Below, piece after piece: positions 1 through 9,546 of a stretch of DNA of 64,000 bases (within the stretch, counting starts at the first letter, position 1; every line of letters begins with the position of its first letter). Made by a program: the position numbers and the translations under genes. The notes under the pieces were generated by a model that searched no databases, had not been told where the DNA came from, and was given only the letters and a program-made list of their open reading frames with translations. Source of the stretch: Lysobacterales bacterium (GTDB lineage Bacteria > Pseudomonadota > Gammaproteobacteria > Xanthomonadales > SZUA-5); the NCBI GenBank assembly GCA_022844165.1, contig JALHMH010000023.1, positions 1 to 64,000 of the forward strand. Direction: 5' to 3'.

Positions 1-90
1 CAGCGTAACTGTCGCAACTGAACGTCTTTCCGATCGCCGTGGCGATGCGCATCGCGCTCGGCGAGAATTGTGCTCTTGTGACTAGAAGGG

Positions 91-1296
91 ATGCCCATGC
101 GACTCGCCATTTTTGCGCTGCTGTTCGCCGCCACCGCCCAAGCCGATCCGTATGACGTGACATGGAGCTTGCGTTTCGACGGTAAGTCGAAGACGGCCCA
201 AGGTGCGCTCGTGCTGGGTGAAGGCTCGCAGCAGTTGAAGAGCCTGAGTTTCTCGTTTCCGCCGGCGTATTCGGAGGTGCAGGCCAACGGTACCTTGACC
301 AAGGACGGCAAGCGCCTGATTTGGACGCCGCCAGCGAAGGGCGGACGGATCAGTTGGCGCGTGAAGATCAGCGAGCAGCGTGAGAACGGCACGTATCGCA
401 GCCTGCTGGCGGACGACTGGGCCATTTTTCGCGGCGATCGGGTCTTTCCCAGTGCGAAGGTGAGGGCGATCAAAGGCGCCACGTCGCGAGCGCGGTTGCG
501 CCTGGACCTACCAAAGGGCTGGCATCGCGATACGCCTTACGTGCAGGCCGAGGATGGCACCTTCCGCATCGACGAGCCAGCACGCAGATTCGATCGACCC
601 GTCGGCTGGATGCTGGTGGGCAACATCGGCACCCGCCGCGAAGTCATCGGCGGCACCGAAATCAGCCTTGGCGCGCCAAAAGATGAAGGCATGCGCCGTA
701 TGGACATGCTGGCCTTCTTGAACTTCACGCTGCCAGCGATGAAAGATGCGTTCGGTGTAATGCCAGAAAAGATCCTCATCGCCAGCGCGCCTGATCCCAT
801 GTGGCTCGGCGGTTTGTCCGCGCCCCGCTCGCTGTACCTGCACCTGGATCGGCCGATGGTCAGTGAAAACAACACCAGCACCTTGTTGCACGAACTCACG
901 CACGTCGTCACGCGGATCACCGGCGAAGAGGACAACGACGACTGGCTGGCGGAAGGTCTGGCTGAGTTTTATGCGGTCGAGCTGCTGTATCGCGCAGGCG
1001 GTATGACGGAAACGCGCCATCAGCGCACCATCGACTGGTTGAAGAACTGGGGCAAAAACGTCAAATCGCTCCGCACGGACCGCTCCAGCGCGGAAATTAC
1101 CGCGCGTGCGACGACGCTGATATATGCGGTCGACCGCGAAATCCGGCGCAAGAGCAACGACGCGAAAAACATCGACGACGTGACTCGTCGCCTGATGCGC
1201 GAGCGCAAAGTGAGTACCGCCGAGTTCATCGAAGCCTGCGAAAAAGTGGTGGGCGGGCCGTTATCGTCGCTGAAGACGCCGCTGCTGAAGCCATGA
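91..1296 (+). CDS. Secreted gluzincin-type zinc metallopeptidase (M1/M61-like)
   Basis: Signal peptide (MRLAIFALLFAATAQA); HELTH zinc motif followed by WLAEGLAEF containing the third ligand Glu. Confidence 0.7.
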   Translation: MPMRLAIFALLFAATAQADPYDVTWSLRFDGKSKTAQGALVLGEGSQQLKSLSFSFPPAYSEVQANGTLTKDGKRLIWTPPAKGGRISWRVKISEQRENGTYRSLLADDWAIFRGDRVFPSAKVRAIKGATSRARLRLDLPKGWHRDTPYVQAEDGTFRIDEPARRFDRPVGWMLVGNIGTRREVIGGTEISLGAPKDEGMRRMDMLAFLNFTLPAMKDAFGVMPEKILIASAPDPMWLGGLSAPRSLYLHLDRPMVSENNTSTLLHELTHVVTRITGEEDNDDWLAEGLAEFYAVELLYRAGGMTETRHQRTIDWLKNWGKNVKSLRTDRSSAEITARATTLIYAVDREIRRKSNDAKNIDDVTRRLMRERKVSTAEFIEACEKVVGGPLSSLKTPLLKP

Positions 1297-1748
1297 TCCG
1301 AGTTGCCATTTGTGCCGCGCTGTTGGGCGGCTGCGCAATGGTGAATCGATATCAAGCGCCAGACGGCAAGCCCGAGGCGCTGGTGTCGTTCCTGGCGCGC
1401 GATGACGATGCGGGTTGGAGTGGTGCGCTCTATTGGGTCGACCCTGACCGGCCCTGTTCGACAACGCCGAGCATTGCGCTGGTGCAGGGCGAGAGTCGTT
1501 TGGCCGTGTCATCGCCCACTGTGTGGAATCTGCCCATTGAGGCGCGAGACCCGGTGCAATTGCGCGCCGAACTGCGCGCCGATCACGGTCTGCGGATCAC
1601 TTGCAGCGGCGATCTCAAATTCGCTCCTGTGATCAACGCCAGATACAAGATCGAGATCGACGGCACATCAGGCGGATGCCGCATTGTGCTCAGTCAGAAC
1701 AACCAGCCTTTGAGCGTGGGTCGGCCCGGCGATTGCGCGCGGCGTTAG
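1293..1748 (+). CDS. Hypothetical lipoprotein
   Basis: Lipobox LLGGC; ATGA overlap with upstream peptidase stop. Confidence 0.65.
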   Translation: MIRVAICAALLGGCAMVNRYQAPDGKPEALVSFLARDDDAGWSGALYWVDPDRPCSTTPSIALVQGESRLAVSSPTVWNLPIEARDPVQLRAELRADHGLRITCSGDLKFAPVINARYKIEIDGTSGGCRIVLSQNNQPLSVGRPGDCARR

Positions 1749-1788
1749 CAGCTTTCAGCCTCCGTGTCCGCAAGACACAAATCAAGCG

Positions 1789-1816
1789 TCGGCGGTCTGA
1801 GGCGAGGCCTTACTAG
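1789..1816 (+). repeat. Right-end remnant of CTAG repeat family 1, fused to copy A
   Basis: TCGGCGGTCTGAGGCGAGGCCTTACTAG matches the family right end TCGGCGGTCTGAGGCGAAGCCTCGCTAG. Confidence 0.8.
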
Positions 1817-2054
1817 AGTCCTTGACGAAGCCGGATCTGTACATTTGAGTCAAATTTTCTGCGGAGCGTCTTTGGTGTTTGCAGCCCCATGAGTCATGGG
1901 GGTGAGACTCGGCGCTGACACGCCGCAGGCGTGTGCCGAGTCGAACGCCCGGCGGATGCGCCGCTGGGCCGGAAATGCGAAGCGCGGGGTTGTGGCGAGT
2001 ACGTTGCCGGACGAAGCCAGCAATGCTCAGCGGTCTGAGGCGAAGCCTCACCAG
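1813..2054 (+). repeat. CTAG-bounded hairpin-rich repeat family 1, copy A (putative non-autonomous mobile element)
   Basis: CTAGAGTCCTTGACGAAGCCGGATC...GGTCTGAGGCGAAGCCTCACCAG; colinear with copies at 46715 and 40413. Confidence 0.9.
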
Positions 2055-4123
2055 GAACAAGCGACGCCGCGCATCGTCGTCAGCCGTTGCATGGCGACAC
2101 GCGCTTTGCCAAAACCTGGCTCGGTGGCGCTGTAATCGACGACGATGCGATTGCAATCGATGCGCTCGACGACGATGTTCCCCCAGGGATTTTGTACAAC
2201 ATCTGCGGCGCTGAATGCGGCGCCAAAACGCGTGCCGATCGGTCTTGTGACGTCGAATCGGAGATTCGAGCCACTCGCGCTGCCGGTGCCGAGCAACCAA
2301 ACCGGCGCTCCGTTCGACGCGAAACTAAACCAGGTGAGAAATGCGCGCCCATCGTCCTGAACCTGGATCTGGAGGCCCCGGCCCGGTTTGTCGGGCTCGT
2401 ACCACGTGCCGCTAAAGCCGGCCTGAGGGACAGGAGTTGTCGCCGCGGTTTCGCCCGGACAGGTGTGGTTTGCGACTCGCGTCAAGCGCGTGAGCGGGCG
2501 ACGCGACGAGTCAAACGGCGCAGCAGCGGTCACCCGCTGCTCGCCGCCACCACAGCGCGTCAAAACGGCATCGAAACGGCCCAGCGCGACATCGCTCAGG
2601 CTCGACGGATCGAAGTCGCTGCCAAAGCGCCCGCCGCGTTTGCCCACCATCGCATCGACAACGATCTCTCCTTGATCTCCCGTGCGCGCCAGCCCCGTAA
2701 ACCAGGCTTGCTGATCGCTGCTGCCAACGGCTGGGTAGGTAAAAAACGTGACCAATGCGCGGCCGTCCGGCAGCGCCTCGACAACCAGACCTTCACCAGA
2801 CCGCGCCGGGTCGAACCAAAGGCCGCTCAGGCGCGAATCGATGGCACCGCGAGTCTCGTTGCGCGGTTTGAGCGCTGTGTCTAACGAGGGTGCCGCAAAG
2901 GGCGCGTAGCGGCATTCACCCAAACTGGCATTGGCATTGCGTTCGCGAGAGCACTCAGCCCGCACAGCAGCGGTATCCGGGCGCGGCGCGCCAGCGACCC
3001 AGCGTGTCAGCGCGCTCCAGCCGCCGAGCAGCTCGGCATTGCTATAACCACAGTGCGATGGCTGGGTCTCGACAACAAAGGCCTGCGACCACTGGGTGTT
3101 CGGCAGCTTGCCCTCCAAGGCACGCGCGTTAGCGGGCACGACCAGCCCGTCTCGAGTCGTATGCGTGGTCAGCACTTTGGCCGTCACACCTTGACCGGTG
3201 GGCGTGAACGCACGCCAAAGATCGAGTGCCGCAAAGGGATCGGCAACCACGCGGCGCACGTTTTGCTGCACCGAAGATTCAGGGTAAATCACGATGTTGT
3301 TGCCAATGGCCGCACGGCCGCCGAGTTTGGCGCCGCTGCGATACATCTCGCTCAGGCCCCAGGTGGCATAGAACATGTTTTCGAGAAAAAAATCATCATC
3401 GACGCCAGTGGCAACCCGCAGCCGCGAGTACCGATCGCGCATGCCGCTGGTCTGCAAAAAACTCGACAGCCCATAGCCAGTGCATTTGCCGATGCGCAGC
3501 GCCAGTTCGGCGCCATCCAGGGTGTCGAAATCGTCGATATCATCGGCCTTCAAAATGTAAGGCAATGCACTGTCGCCGCTGGGCAATTCGCCGCCGGTCA
3601 CGTTGTCGCACACCGCATCGTATGCCAGCCGGATGTCCATGGCCTGATGCCAGACGCGCGATCCGGCGAGCGGCGCGCAGATGCTGTACACGCCGGCCAC
3701 TGGTGCGCCCAAGTCGCTCTGCTCAGCCAGCTGCAATGCCACCAGCCCGCCCATCGAGCCGCCAACGGCCAACAACCGCCCCGGTGCACCGACGCGAGTC
3801 GCAAATGCAGCGACCAATTCGCGATTGTCCCGCTGCGCCGCAAACAGCGCCCAGCCACGCTGGCTGAAACTCGATGCGGCGATGGCATATCCGTCGGCCA
3901 ACATGCGCTGGCGCAGCGGAATGGGACCCAGGCTCGGCTCATTGTCCGGCAGGTCGGCATCGAAACCATGGTTGTAGACCACCAGCCCATCGCCTGCTCG
4001 CCAACCGTCGGGGATCTGCGCGATGTAATACGCGCCGCTGGCGGTCTGTCCACGGATTTCAGTAGCGGCTTCAGCGCTGCTTGCCACGAGCAGCAGAAAG
4101 GCCGCAATCACTCTCAGATACAT
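2048..4123 (-). CDS. Secreted alpha/beta hydrolase with two C-terminal repeated beta-rich domains
   Basis: Signal peptide; LVVYNHG and GGSMGG nucleophile elbow; repeats SGLWFDPARSGEG / SGTWYEPDKPGRG. Confidence 0.7.
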   Translation of the reverse strand: MYLRVIAAFLLLVASSAEAATEIRGQTASGAYYIAQIPDGWRAGDGLVVYNHGFDADLPDNEPSLGPIPLRQRMLADGYAIAASSFSQRGWALFAAQRDNRELVAAFATRVGAPGRLLAVGGSMGGLVALQLAEQSDLGAPVAGVYSICAPLAGSRVWHQAMDIRLAYDAVCDNVTGGELPSGDSALPYILKADDIDDFDTLDGAELALRIGKCTGYGLSSFLQTSGMRDRYSRLRVATGVDDDFFLENMFYATWGLSEMYRSGAKLGGRAAIGNNIVIYPESSVQQNVRRVVADPFAALDLWRAFTPTGQGVTAKVLTTHTTRDGLVVPANARALEGKLPNTQWSQAFVVETQPSHCGYSNAELLGGWSALTRWVAGAPRPDTAAVRAECSRERNANASLGECRYAPFAAPSLDTALKPRNETRGAIDSRLSGLWFDPARSGEGLVVEALPDGRALVTFFTYPAVGSSDQQAWFTGLARTGDQGEIVVDAMVGKRGGRFGSDFDPSSLSDVALGRFDAVLTRCGGGEQRVTAAAPFDSSRRPLTRLTRVANHTCPGETAATTPVPQAGFSGTWYEPDKPGRGLQIQVQDDGRAFLTWFSFASNGAPVWLLGTGSASGSNLRFDVTRPIGTRFGAAFSAADVVQNPWGNIVVERIDCNRIVVDYSATEPGFGKARVAMQRLTTMRGVACSW

Positions 4124-4388
4124 CGCCACCCTCGTTGCTCCGCTCCCGGACTGATTTGAACATCACCTGCCGCGAAGGCGAGTGATCTCCTGCGTTGCTG
4201 GCTGGCATACCGCCGGCCTTGACGATGCACGGCCATGGATCGCGTTCGAATTGGCGGCCGCGCCGCGACCAAGTGTATCGCCGATCGTGGTTGAGCATGG
4301 CATGAACATACAAGAACAACGCACCACAACGTCGCGCGTATGGTCGAACGCGGTGCAATGGTGAGGGGTGCCAGGAACAGACGGAACT

Positions 4389-4410
4389 GTCGCGCTATCG
4401 CGCGACCCAC
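4389..4410 (-). repeat. REP-like palindrome (GTRG class)
   Basis: Minus strand reads GTGG-GTCGCGCGATAGCGCGAC; same family as the pair at 20435-20604. Confidence 0.65.
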
Positions 4411-4459
4411 GAATGTGTCGAGCTCGCCGGTCGTTGCCCGTCTGCGTGAGAAACAGCGT

Positions 4460-7066
4460 TCATGCGGCCTGCGCGAGGAAATCCTGCGCGAAGCGCTGCA
4501 GCACGCCGCCCGCCGCATAGATCGAGACTTCTTCAGCGGTGTCGAGACGGCAGCGGACCGGCACATCGAAACTCGAGCCATCGCGGCGGGTAACGCGCCA
4601 CGTGAGCGCCGCACGCGGCGCCGGTGTGCCGAGCACGGCGTAAGTTTCGGTGCCCTCGAGGCCTAAGCTCAGTCGTGTGGTGCCAGGCTCGAATTCGAGC
4701 GGCAAAACGCCCATACCGACGAGGTTGGTGCGATGGATGCGCTCGAAGCTCTCGGCGACGATGGCTTCCACGCCCGCGAGGCGCACACCTTTCGCGGCCC
4801 AATCGCGCGAGCTGCCCTGGCCGTAATCGGCGCCGGCGATGATGCACAGCGGCTGGCCGCGCTGCATGTAGGTTTCGATCGCTTCCCACATGCGCATGAC
4901 CTGTCCTTCGGGCTCCACGCGCGCCAACGAACCGCTGCGCACCGAGCCATCGTCCTTACGCACCATCTCGTTTTTAAGTGTCGGATTGGCGAAGGTCGCG
5001 CGCTGCGCGGTCAAATGATCGCCACGATGTGTGGCGTACGAGTTGAAGTCTTCTTCGGGCAGTCCCATGCGCGCCAGATACTCGCCCGCGGCGCTATCGA
5101 GCAGGATGGCGTTCGATGGCGACAAATGATCGGTGGTGATGTTGTCCGGCAAGATCGCCAGCGGGCGCATTCCGCTCAAGCTTCGCGGCTTCGCCAACGC
5201 GCCTTCCCAGTACGGCGGGCGGCGGATGTAGGTGCTCATTTCGCGCCAGTCGTACAGCGGCTTGGCTGCTAATCCGGCGTCGATGGGACGGCGGAACATC
5301 GGCTCATAGACGGCGCGGAACTGCTCGGGTTTCACCGCGCTGGCAACCAGCGCATCGATCTCGGCGTCGGTCGGCCACAAATCCTTGAGCAGGATCGGCG
5401 AGCCGTCGCTGCGCAAACCGAGCGCGTCTTTTTCGATATCGAAACGCACCGTCCCGGCAATGGCGTAGGCAACCACCAACGGCGGCGAGGCGAGAAAGGC
5501 CTGTTTGGCGAACGGATGAATACGACCATCGAAATTGCGATTGCCGCTCAGCACCGCCACCGAATACAGATCGCGCTCGACGATTTCCTTTTGGATGACC
5601 GGATCCAGCGCGCCGGACATGCCGTTGCACGTGGTGCAAGCAAACGCAACGATGCCGAATCCGAGCTGCTCCAACTCGCTCTTTAAGCCGGCTTCTTCCA
5701 GATACAACGAGACCGCCCTGGAGCCCGGCGCGAGTGAGGACTTGACCCACGGCTTGCGCTTCAAGCCCAGCGCATTGGCTTTCTGCGCGAGCAGCCCGGC
5801 TGCAATCACGTTGCGCGGATTGGAGGTGTTGGTGCAGCTGGTGATCGCGGCGATGATCACGGCGCCATCGGGCATCCGGCCGCTGGCCTCCTGGGCGCGC
5901 GCGGCGGCCAGGTTTCCGGCAATACCCTTACTGGTCAGATCGCTCGTCGCCAGCCGCGCATGCGGGTTTGACGGCCCAGCCATCGTCCGCACCACGCTCG
6001 ATAGATCGAAGTGCAGTGTGCGCGGGTACTGCGCATTCGCGAGTGCATCCGACCACAGGCCTGCGGTCTTCGCATAGGTCTCGACCAGCCGCACCTGTTC
6101 ATCGCTACGCCCGGTCAAACGCAGATAGTCGAGCGTATTCTGATCGATGAAGAACATCGCCGCGGTGGCGCCGTATTCGGGCGCCATGTTGGAGATCGTC
6201 GCACGATCGCCCAAGGTCAGCGCGGCTGCGCCGGGCCCACGGAATTCGAGATACGCACCGACGACTTTCTGCTGTCGCAAAAAAGCGGTTAGCGACAGCA
6301 CGACGTCAGTTGCGGTGATGCCCGGCTGCGGGCGACCGCTCAGCTCCACGGCGATGATGTCCGGCAGGCGCATCCATGAGGCGCGACCGAGCATCACGTT
6401 CTCGGCCTCCAGGCCACCCACGCCAATGGCGATCACGCCGAGCGCATCGACGTGCGGCGTGTGGCTGTCGGTGCCAACGCAGGTGTCCGGATAGGCGACG
6501 CCGTTCTCGACGCCGATCACCGGGCTCATTCGCTCCAGATTGATCTGGTGCATGATCCCGTTGCCCGGTGGAATCACATCAACATTGCGGAATGCGCGTT
6601 TGGTCCAGTCGATGAAGTGAAAACGATCGTCGTTGCGGCGATCTTCAATCGCGCGGTTTTTCGCAAAAGCGTTGGGATCGTCGCCGCCATGTTCCACCGC
6701 CAGCGAGTGATCGACGATCAATTGCACCGGCACCACCGGATTGACCTGCGCCGGATCGCCGCCTTGCTCGGCAATCGCATCGCGCAATCCGGCCAGATCA
6801 ACCAGCGCCGTCTGGCCCAGAATGTCGTGACACACCACGCGCGCCGGATACCACGGAAAATCCAAATCCTGGCGGCGCTCGATCAGCTGCATCAGTGCTG
6901 CATTCAAGCTCGCCGGATCGGCGCGGCGCACCAAGTTCTCGGCCAGTACGCGGCTGGTGTACGGCAGCGTCTCATATGCGCCATGCTTCAGCGTATTCAC
7001 GGCCTCTCGGGCGTCGAAAAAGTCGAGCGAAGTGCCGGGCAGCGGTTGGCGGAAAGCCGTGTTCAT
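4460..7066 (-). CDS. acnD: Fe/S-dependent 2-methylisocitrate dehydratase AcnD
   Basis: MNTAFRQPLPG start; PARVVCHDILGQTALVDLAGLRD, AAITSCTNTSNP, CTTCNGMSGALDP, GQGSSRDWAAKG. Confidence 0.95.
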   Translation of the reverse strand: MNTAFRQPLPGTSLDFFDAREAVNTLKHGAYETLPYTSRVLAENLVRRADPASLNAALMQLIERRQDLDFPWYPARVVCHDILGQTALVDLAGLRDAIAEQGGDPAQVNPVVPVQLIVDHSLAVEHGGDDPNAFAKNRAIEDRRNDDRFHFIDWTKRAFRNVDVIPPGNGIMHQINLERMSPVIGVENGVAYPDTCVGTDSHTPHVDALGVIAIGVGGLEAENVMLGRASWMRLPDIIAVELSGRPQPGITATDVVLSLTAFLRQQKVVGAYLEFRGPGAAALTLGDRATISNMAPEYGATAAMFFIDQNTLDYLRLTGRSDEQVRLVETYAKTAGLWSDALANAQYPRTLHFDLSSVVRTMAGPSNPHARLATSDLTSKGIAGNLAAARAQEASGRMPDGAVIIAAITSCTNTSNPRNVIAAGLLAQKANALGLKRKPWVKSSLAPGSRAVSLYLEEAGLKSELEQLGFGIVAFACTTCNGMSGALDPVIQKEIVERDLYSVAVLSGNRNFDGRIHPFAKQAFLASPPLVVAYAIAGTVRFDIEKDALGLRSDGSPILLKDLWPTDAEIDALVASAVKPEQFRAVYEPMFRRPIDAGLAAKPLYDWREMSTYIRRPPYWEGALAKPRSLSGMRPLAILPDNITTDHLSPSNAILLDSAAGEYLARMGLPEEDFNSYATHRGDHLTAQRATFANPTLKNEMVRKDDGSVRSGSLARVEPEGQVMRMWEAIETYMQRGQPLCIIAGADYGQGSSRDWAAKGVRLAGVEAIVAESFERIHRTNLVGMGVLPLEFEPGTTRLSLGLEGTETYAVLGTPAPRAALTWRVTRRDGSSFDVPVRCRLDTAEEVSIYAAGGVLQRFAQDFLAQAA

Positions 7067-7144
7067 GAGTGCGATCGCGTTGCGGGGAGCCGGTGGAGAT
7101 GATAAGCATGCTTGCACCCGGCGTATGTCACTTCGCGGACACGT

Positions 7145-7606
7145 CTATTGGCTAATCGATTCACGCATCGCCAGGCGCTTCTCGATTGCTGCATGCAGCC
7201 AGGGCAGCAGCAGCGGAAGACCAAACTGCAGCAGCGAGACTTCGCCCAACTGGGACTTGATCAAGAACGACTGCAGCAGACTGGTTTGCGAAAGCACGGT
7301 CGCCGTGAAGGCCAGTGCAACTCCGACGGACGACCATCGCCATGCGCGCGAACTTGTTTGCAGCAATGCCCGGCGTCCACCGAAGAAGAAAGCGCTCGTC
7401 AGTTGCCAGCCGAACCAAAGGCAGGGCGCGCACAGCAGCAGGACCAAAGCCACCGGGGCCGCATCTAACGACGGCTGCTCGACGATTGCAGCAAGTATGT
7501 AGAAGCTTGCTGCGAGATACAGCAAAGACAGCGGCATCAGCAGCAGCAGAATCTGTATGCCCATCAGGCCGCGACTGATAGGTTGCTTAGAGCCACTCAT
7601 CGGCAC
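7145..7606 (-). CDS. Hypothetical membrane protein
   Basis: About 4 hydrophobic segments; overlaps the upstream gene stop. Confidence 0.55.
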   Translation of the reverse strand: MPMSGSKQPISRGLMGIQILLLLMPLSLLYLAASFYILAAIVEQPSLDAAPVALVLLLCAPCLWFGWQLTSAFFFGGRRALLQTSSRAWRWSSVGVALAFTATVLSQTSLLQSFLIKSQLGEVSLLQFGLPLLLPWLHAAIEKRLAMRESISQ

Positions 7607-8268
7607 GGTATCCGGAAGTCGATATGGATGTGTTCGTCGTGGCGCACCCAGGCCTGGCGCTTGGAGAAGACCAGGTTTCGCCTGAGGTATGCGCCGCGCT
7701 GTGCCCTGAACAGGTGGCTCTGTAGCGGCACTTCGAAGATGACACGTTCGATCGGCACGCCGTGCCGTATAGCCGCACGATGAAGCGCATACAGCAATTG
7801 CCCCAGCGCATCGAAGTCGATGGTGAAATCGCCATATTGTCCGCGGTCATCGAATTCGATGTCATAGCCAAATCGATTCGTCGCCAGCAGCGGAAGCAAA
7901 GCCGGTTTGCCATCGCGCAGAACGGGTACCATGATGTCGACCGACAGCCCGTTCTGGTGCGTGCGATGGGGGTAGAACGGACCGCCTCTGCGCCAGCCGG
8001 TTTCGGCGTACACGAATTCGACACCCGGTGTTGCGCGAGCCGCTTCGCCAAAGGCATCCAGAAGTACATCGCTCACTCGACTGTGGACGTAGGTTCGACC
8101 CATGCCCCAGCCGAGCATGCTATAGCTTCGGAAGTTCTCGCCGCGCAGCGGCAGACGTGCCCCGTTCTCCAGCCGGCCCTTGGCGGGTGTACCGAAGCAC
8201 CGACTTTCCGATGCTAACGTCGGGCCACCGGCCAGGAACATGCACAAAACAACGATGGCAATTCGCAT
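7597..8268 (-). CDS. Penicillin-insensitive murein endopeptidase (MepA/M74-like)
   Basis: Signal peptide from ATG 8268; GRLENG, HRTHQNGLSVD and RHDEHIH LAS-type motifs. Confidence 0.75.
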   Translation of the reverse strand: MRIAIVVLCMFLAGGPTLASESRCFGTPAKGRLENGARLPLRGENFRSYSMLGWGMGRTYVHSRVSDVLLDAFGEAARATPGVEFVYAETGWRRGGPFYPHRTHQNGLSVDIMVPVLRDGKPALLPLLATNRFGYDIEFDDRGQYGDFTIDFDALGQLLYALHRAAIRHGVPIERVIFEVPLQSHLFRAQRGAYLRRNLVFSKRQAWVRHDEHIHIDFRIPCR

Positions 8269-8433
8269 CAGCAGGCCTTTGTAGAGCGCACCCGGCTTTG
8301 GCGATGATAAGCACGCAGCCCGTCGCCGCGCAGACGCGATTCGTCGCAGCCGGCCGTCACCCATCTCTCGGCACTCGTTTTGCCAGACAACGCCGGTCAA
8401 TCTAAGCGTCATCAGATCGATCGAGATTGTTCC

Positions 8434-9543
8434 ATGAAAATTCGCTGGCGCAAATGGTTGCTGGGAACGATGGCGCTCGGCGCAGTGTGCATCGCCACTT
8501 TGGCGATCGCGGTGAGCTACAACTCGCCGTGCGGATCGGCGCCGCCGCTGACCGGTGGCGAGACAATGCAGGCCGTGGTCTACCGATGTTATGGCCCAGT
8601 CGATGTGCTCAAGCTGGAGACCATCGCCAAACCGGTACCCGCGGAAGATCAGGTGTTGGTTCGAGTACACGCGGCCAGCCTGAATCCGCTCGACAAACAC
8701 TACATGCACGGCAGACCTTACATCGCTCGCCTGTCCTCCGGTTTCTTCACGCCGACATCGATCGGCATGGGCACCGATTTTGCGGGTACGGTGGCAGCGG
8801 TCGGCGGCAAGGTCACACGCTTCCAGATCGGCGATCGTGTATTCGGTGCCGCCGATGGTGCGTTCGGTGAGTACATCGTGCGTCGCGCTGAAGGCGCCAT
8901 CGCAGCGATACCCGAAGGGCTCGACTTCGAACAGGCAGCCGCCATGCCTGTGGCAGCTGTGACCGCACTGCAGGCGCTACGCGACAAGGCGAATGTCAAA
9001 CCGGGCCAGACGGTGCTGATCAACGGTGCAGCTGGAGGTGTCGGCAGCTTTGCCGTACAAATCGCAAAACTGCTCGGCGCACACGTGACCGGCGTATGCT
9101 CCACGCGCAACGTGGAACTGGTGCGCTCATTGGGGGCCGATCAAGTGATCGACTACACCAACAGCGACTTCACCCAGGGCGATGCACGATACGATGTGAT
9201 TGTCGATATGGTTGGCAACCACAGCATGAAATCGCTGACCAACGTGATGACGCCCGATGGTGCGCTGGTACTGGTGGGCTCGGTGGAGAAGAACGATTGG
9301 ACGGCGGGGCTTGATCGTATGTTCGTGACTTTCTTGACGTCGATGACCATCTCCCAGAGGATCGAAGGTCTGCTGGCTTCTATAGACGGCCCGGATCTGG
9401 CAACGCTCGCGGAATGGGCAGCGAGTGGTCAACTGCGCGCCCCCATCGATACGCGCTATTCGCTGGCCCAGACCGTCGATGCTATGACGCATCTGGAAAC
9501 CGGGCGGGCGCGGGGTAAGATCATGATCACCATCGCCGAGTAG
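8434..9543 (+). CDS. NAD(P)-dependent medium-chain dehydrogenase/reductase (quinone oxidoreductase-like) with N-terminal hydrophobic extension
   Basis: VRVHAASLNPLD, GTDFAG, LINGAAGGVGSFAVQIAK, GRARGKI. Confidence 0.85.
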   Translation: MKIRWRKWLLGTMALGAVCIATLAIAVSYNSPCGSAPPLTGGETMQAVVYRCYGPVDVLKLETIAKPVPAEDQVLVRVHAASLNPLDKHYMHGRPYIARLSSGFFTPTSIGMGTDFAGTVAAVGGKVTRFQIGDRVFGAADGAFGEYIVRRAEGAIAAIPEGLDFEQAAAMPVAAVTALQALRDKANVKPGQTVLINGAAGGVGSFAVQIAKLLGAHVTGVCSTRNVELVRSLGADQVIDYTNSDFTQGDARYDVIVDMVGNHSMKSLTNVMTPDGALVLVGSVEKNDWTAGLDRMFVTFLTSMTISQRIEGLLASIDGPDLATLAEWAASGQLRAPIDTRYSLAQTVDAMTHLETGRARGKIMITIAE

Positions 9544-9546
9544 CGC

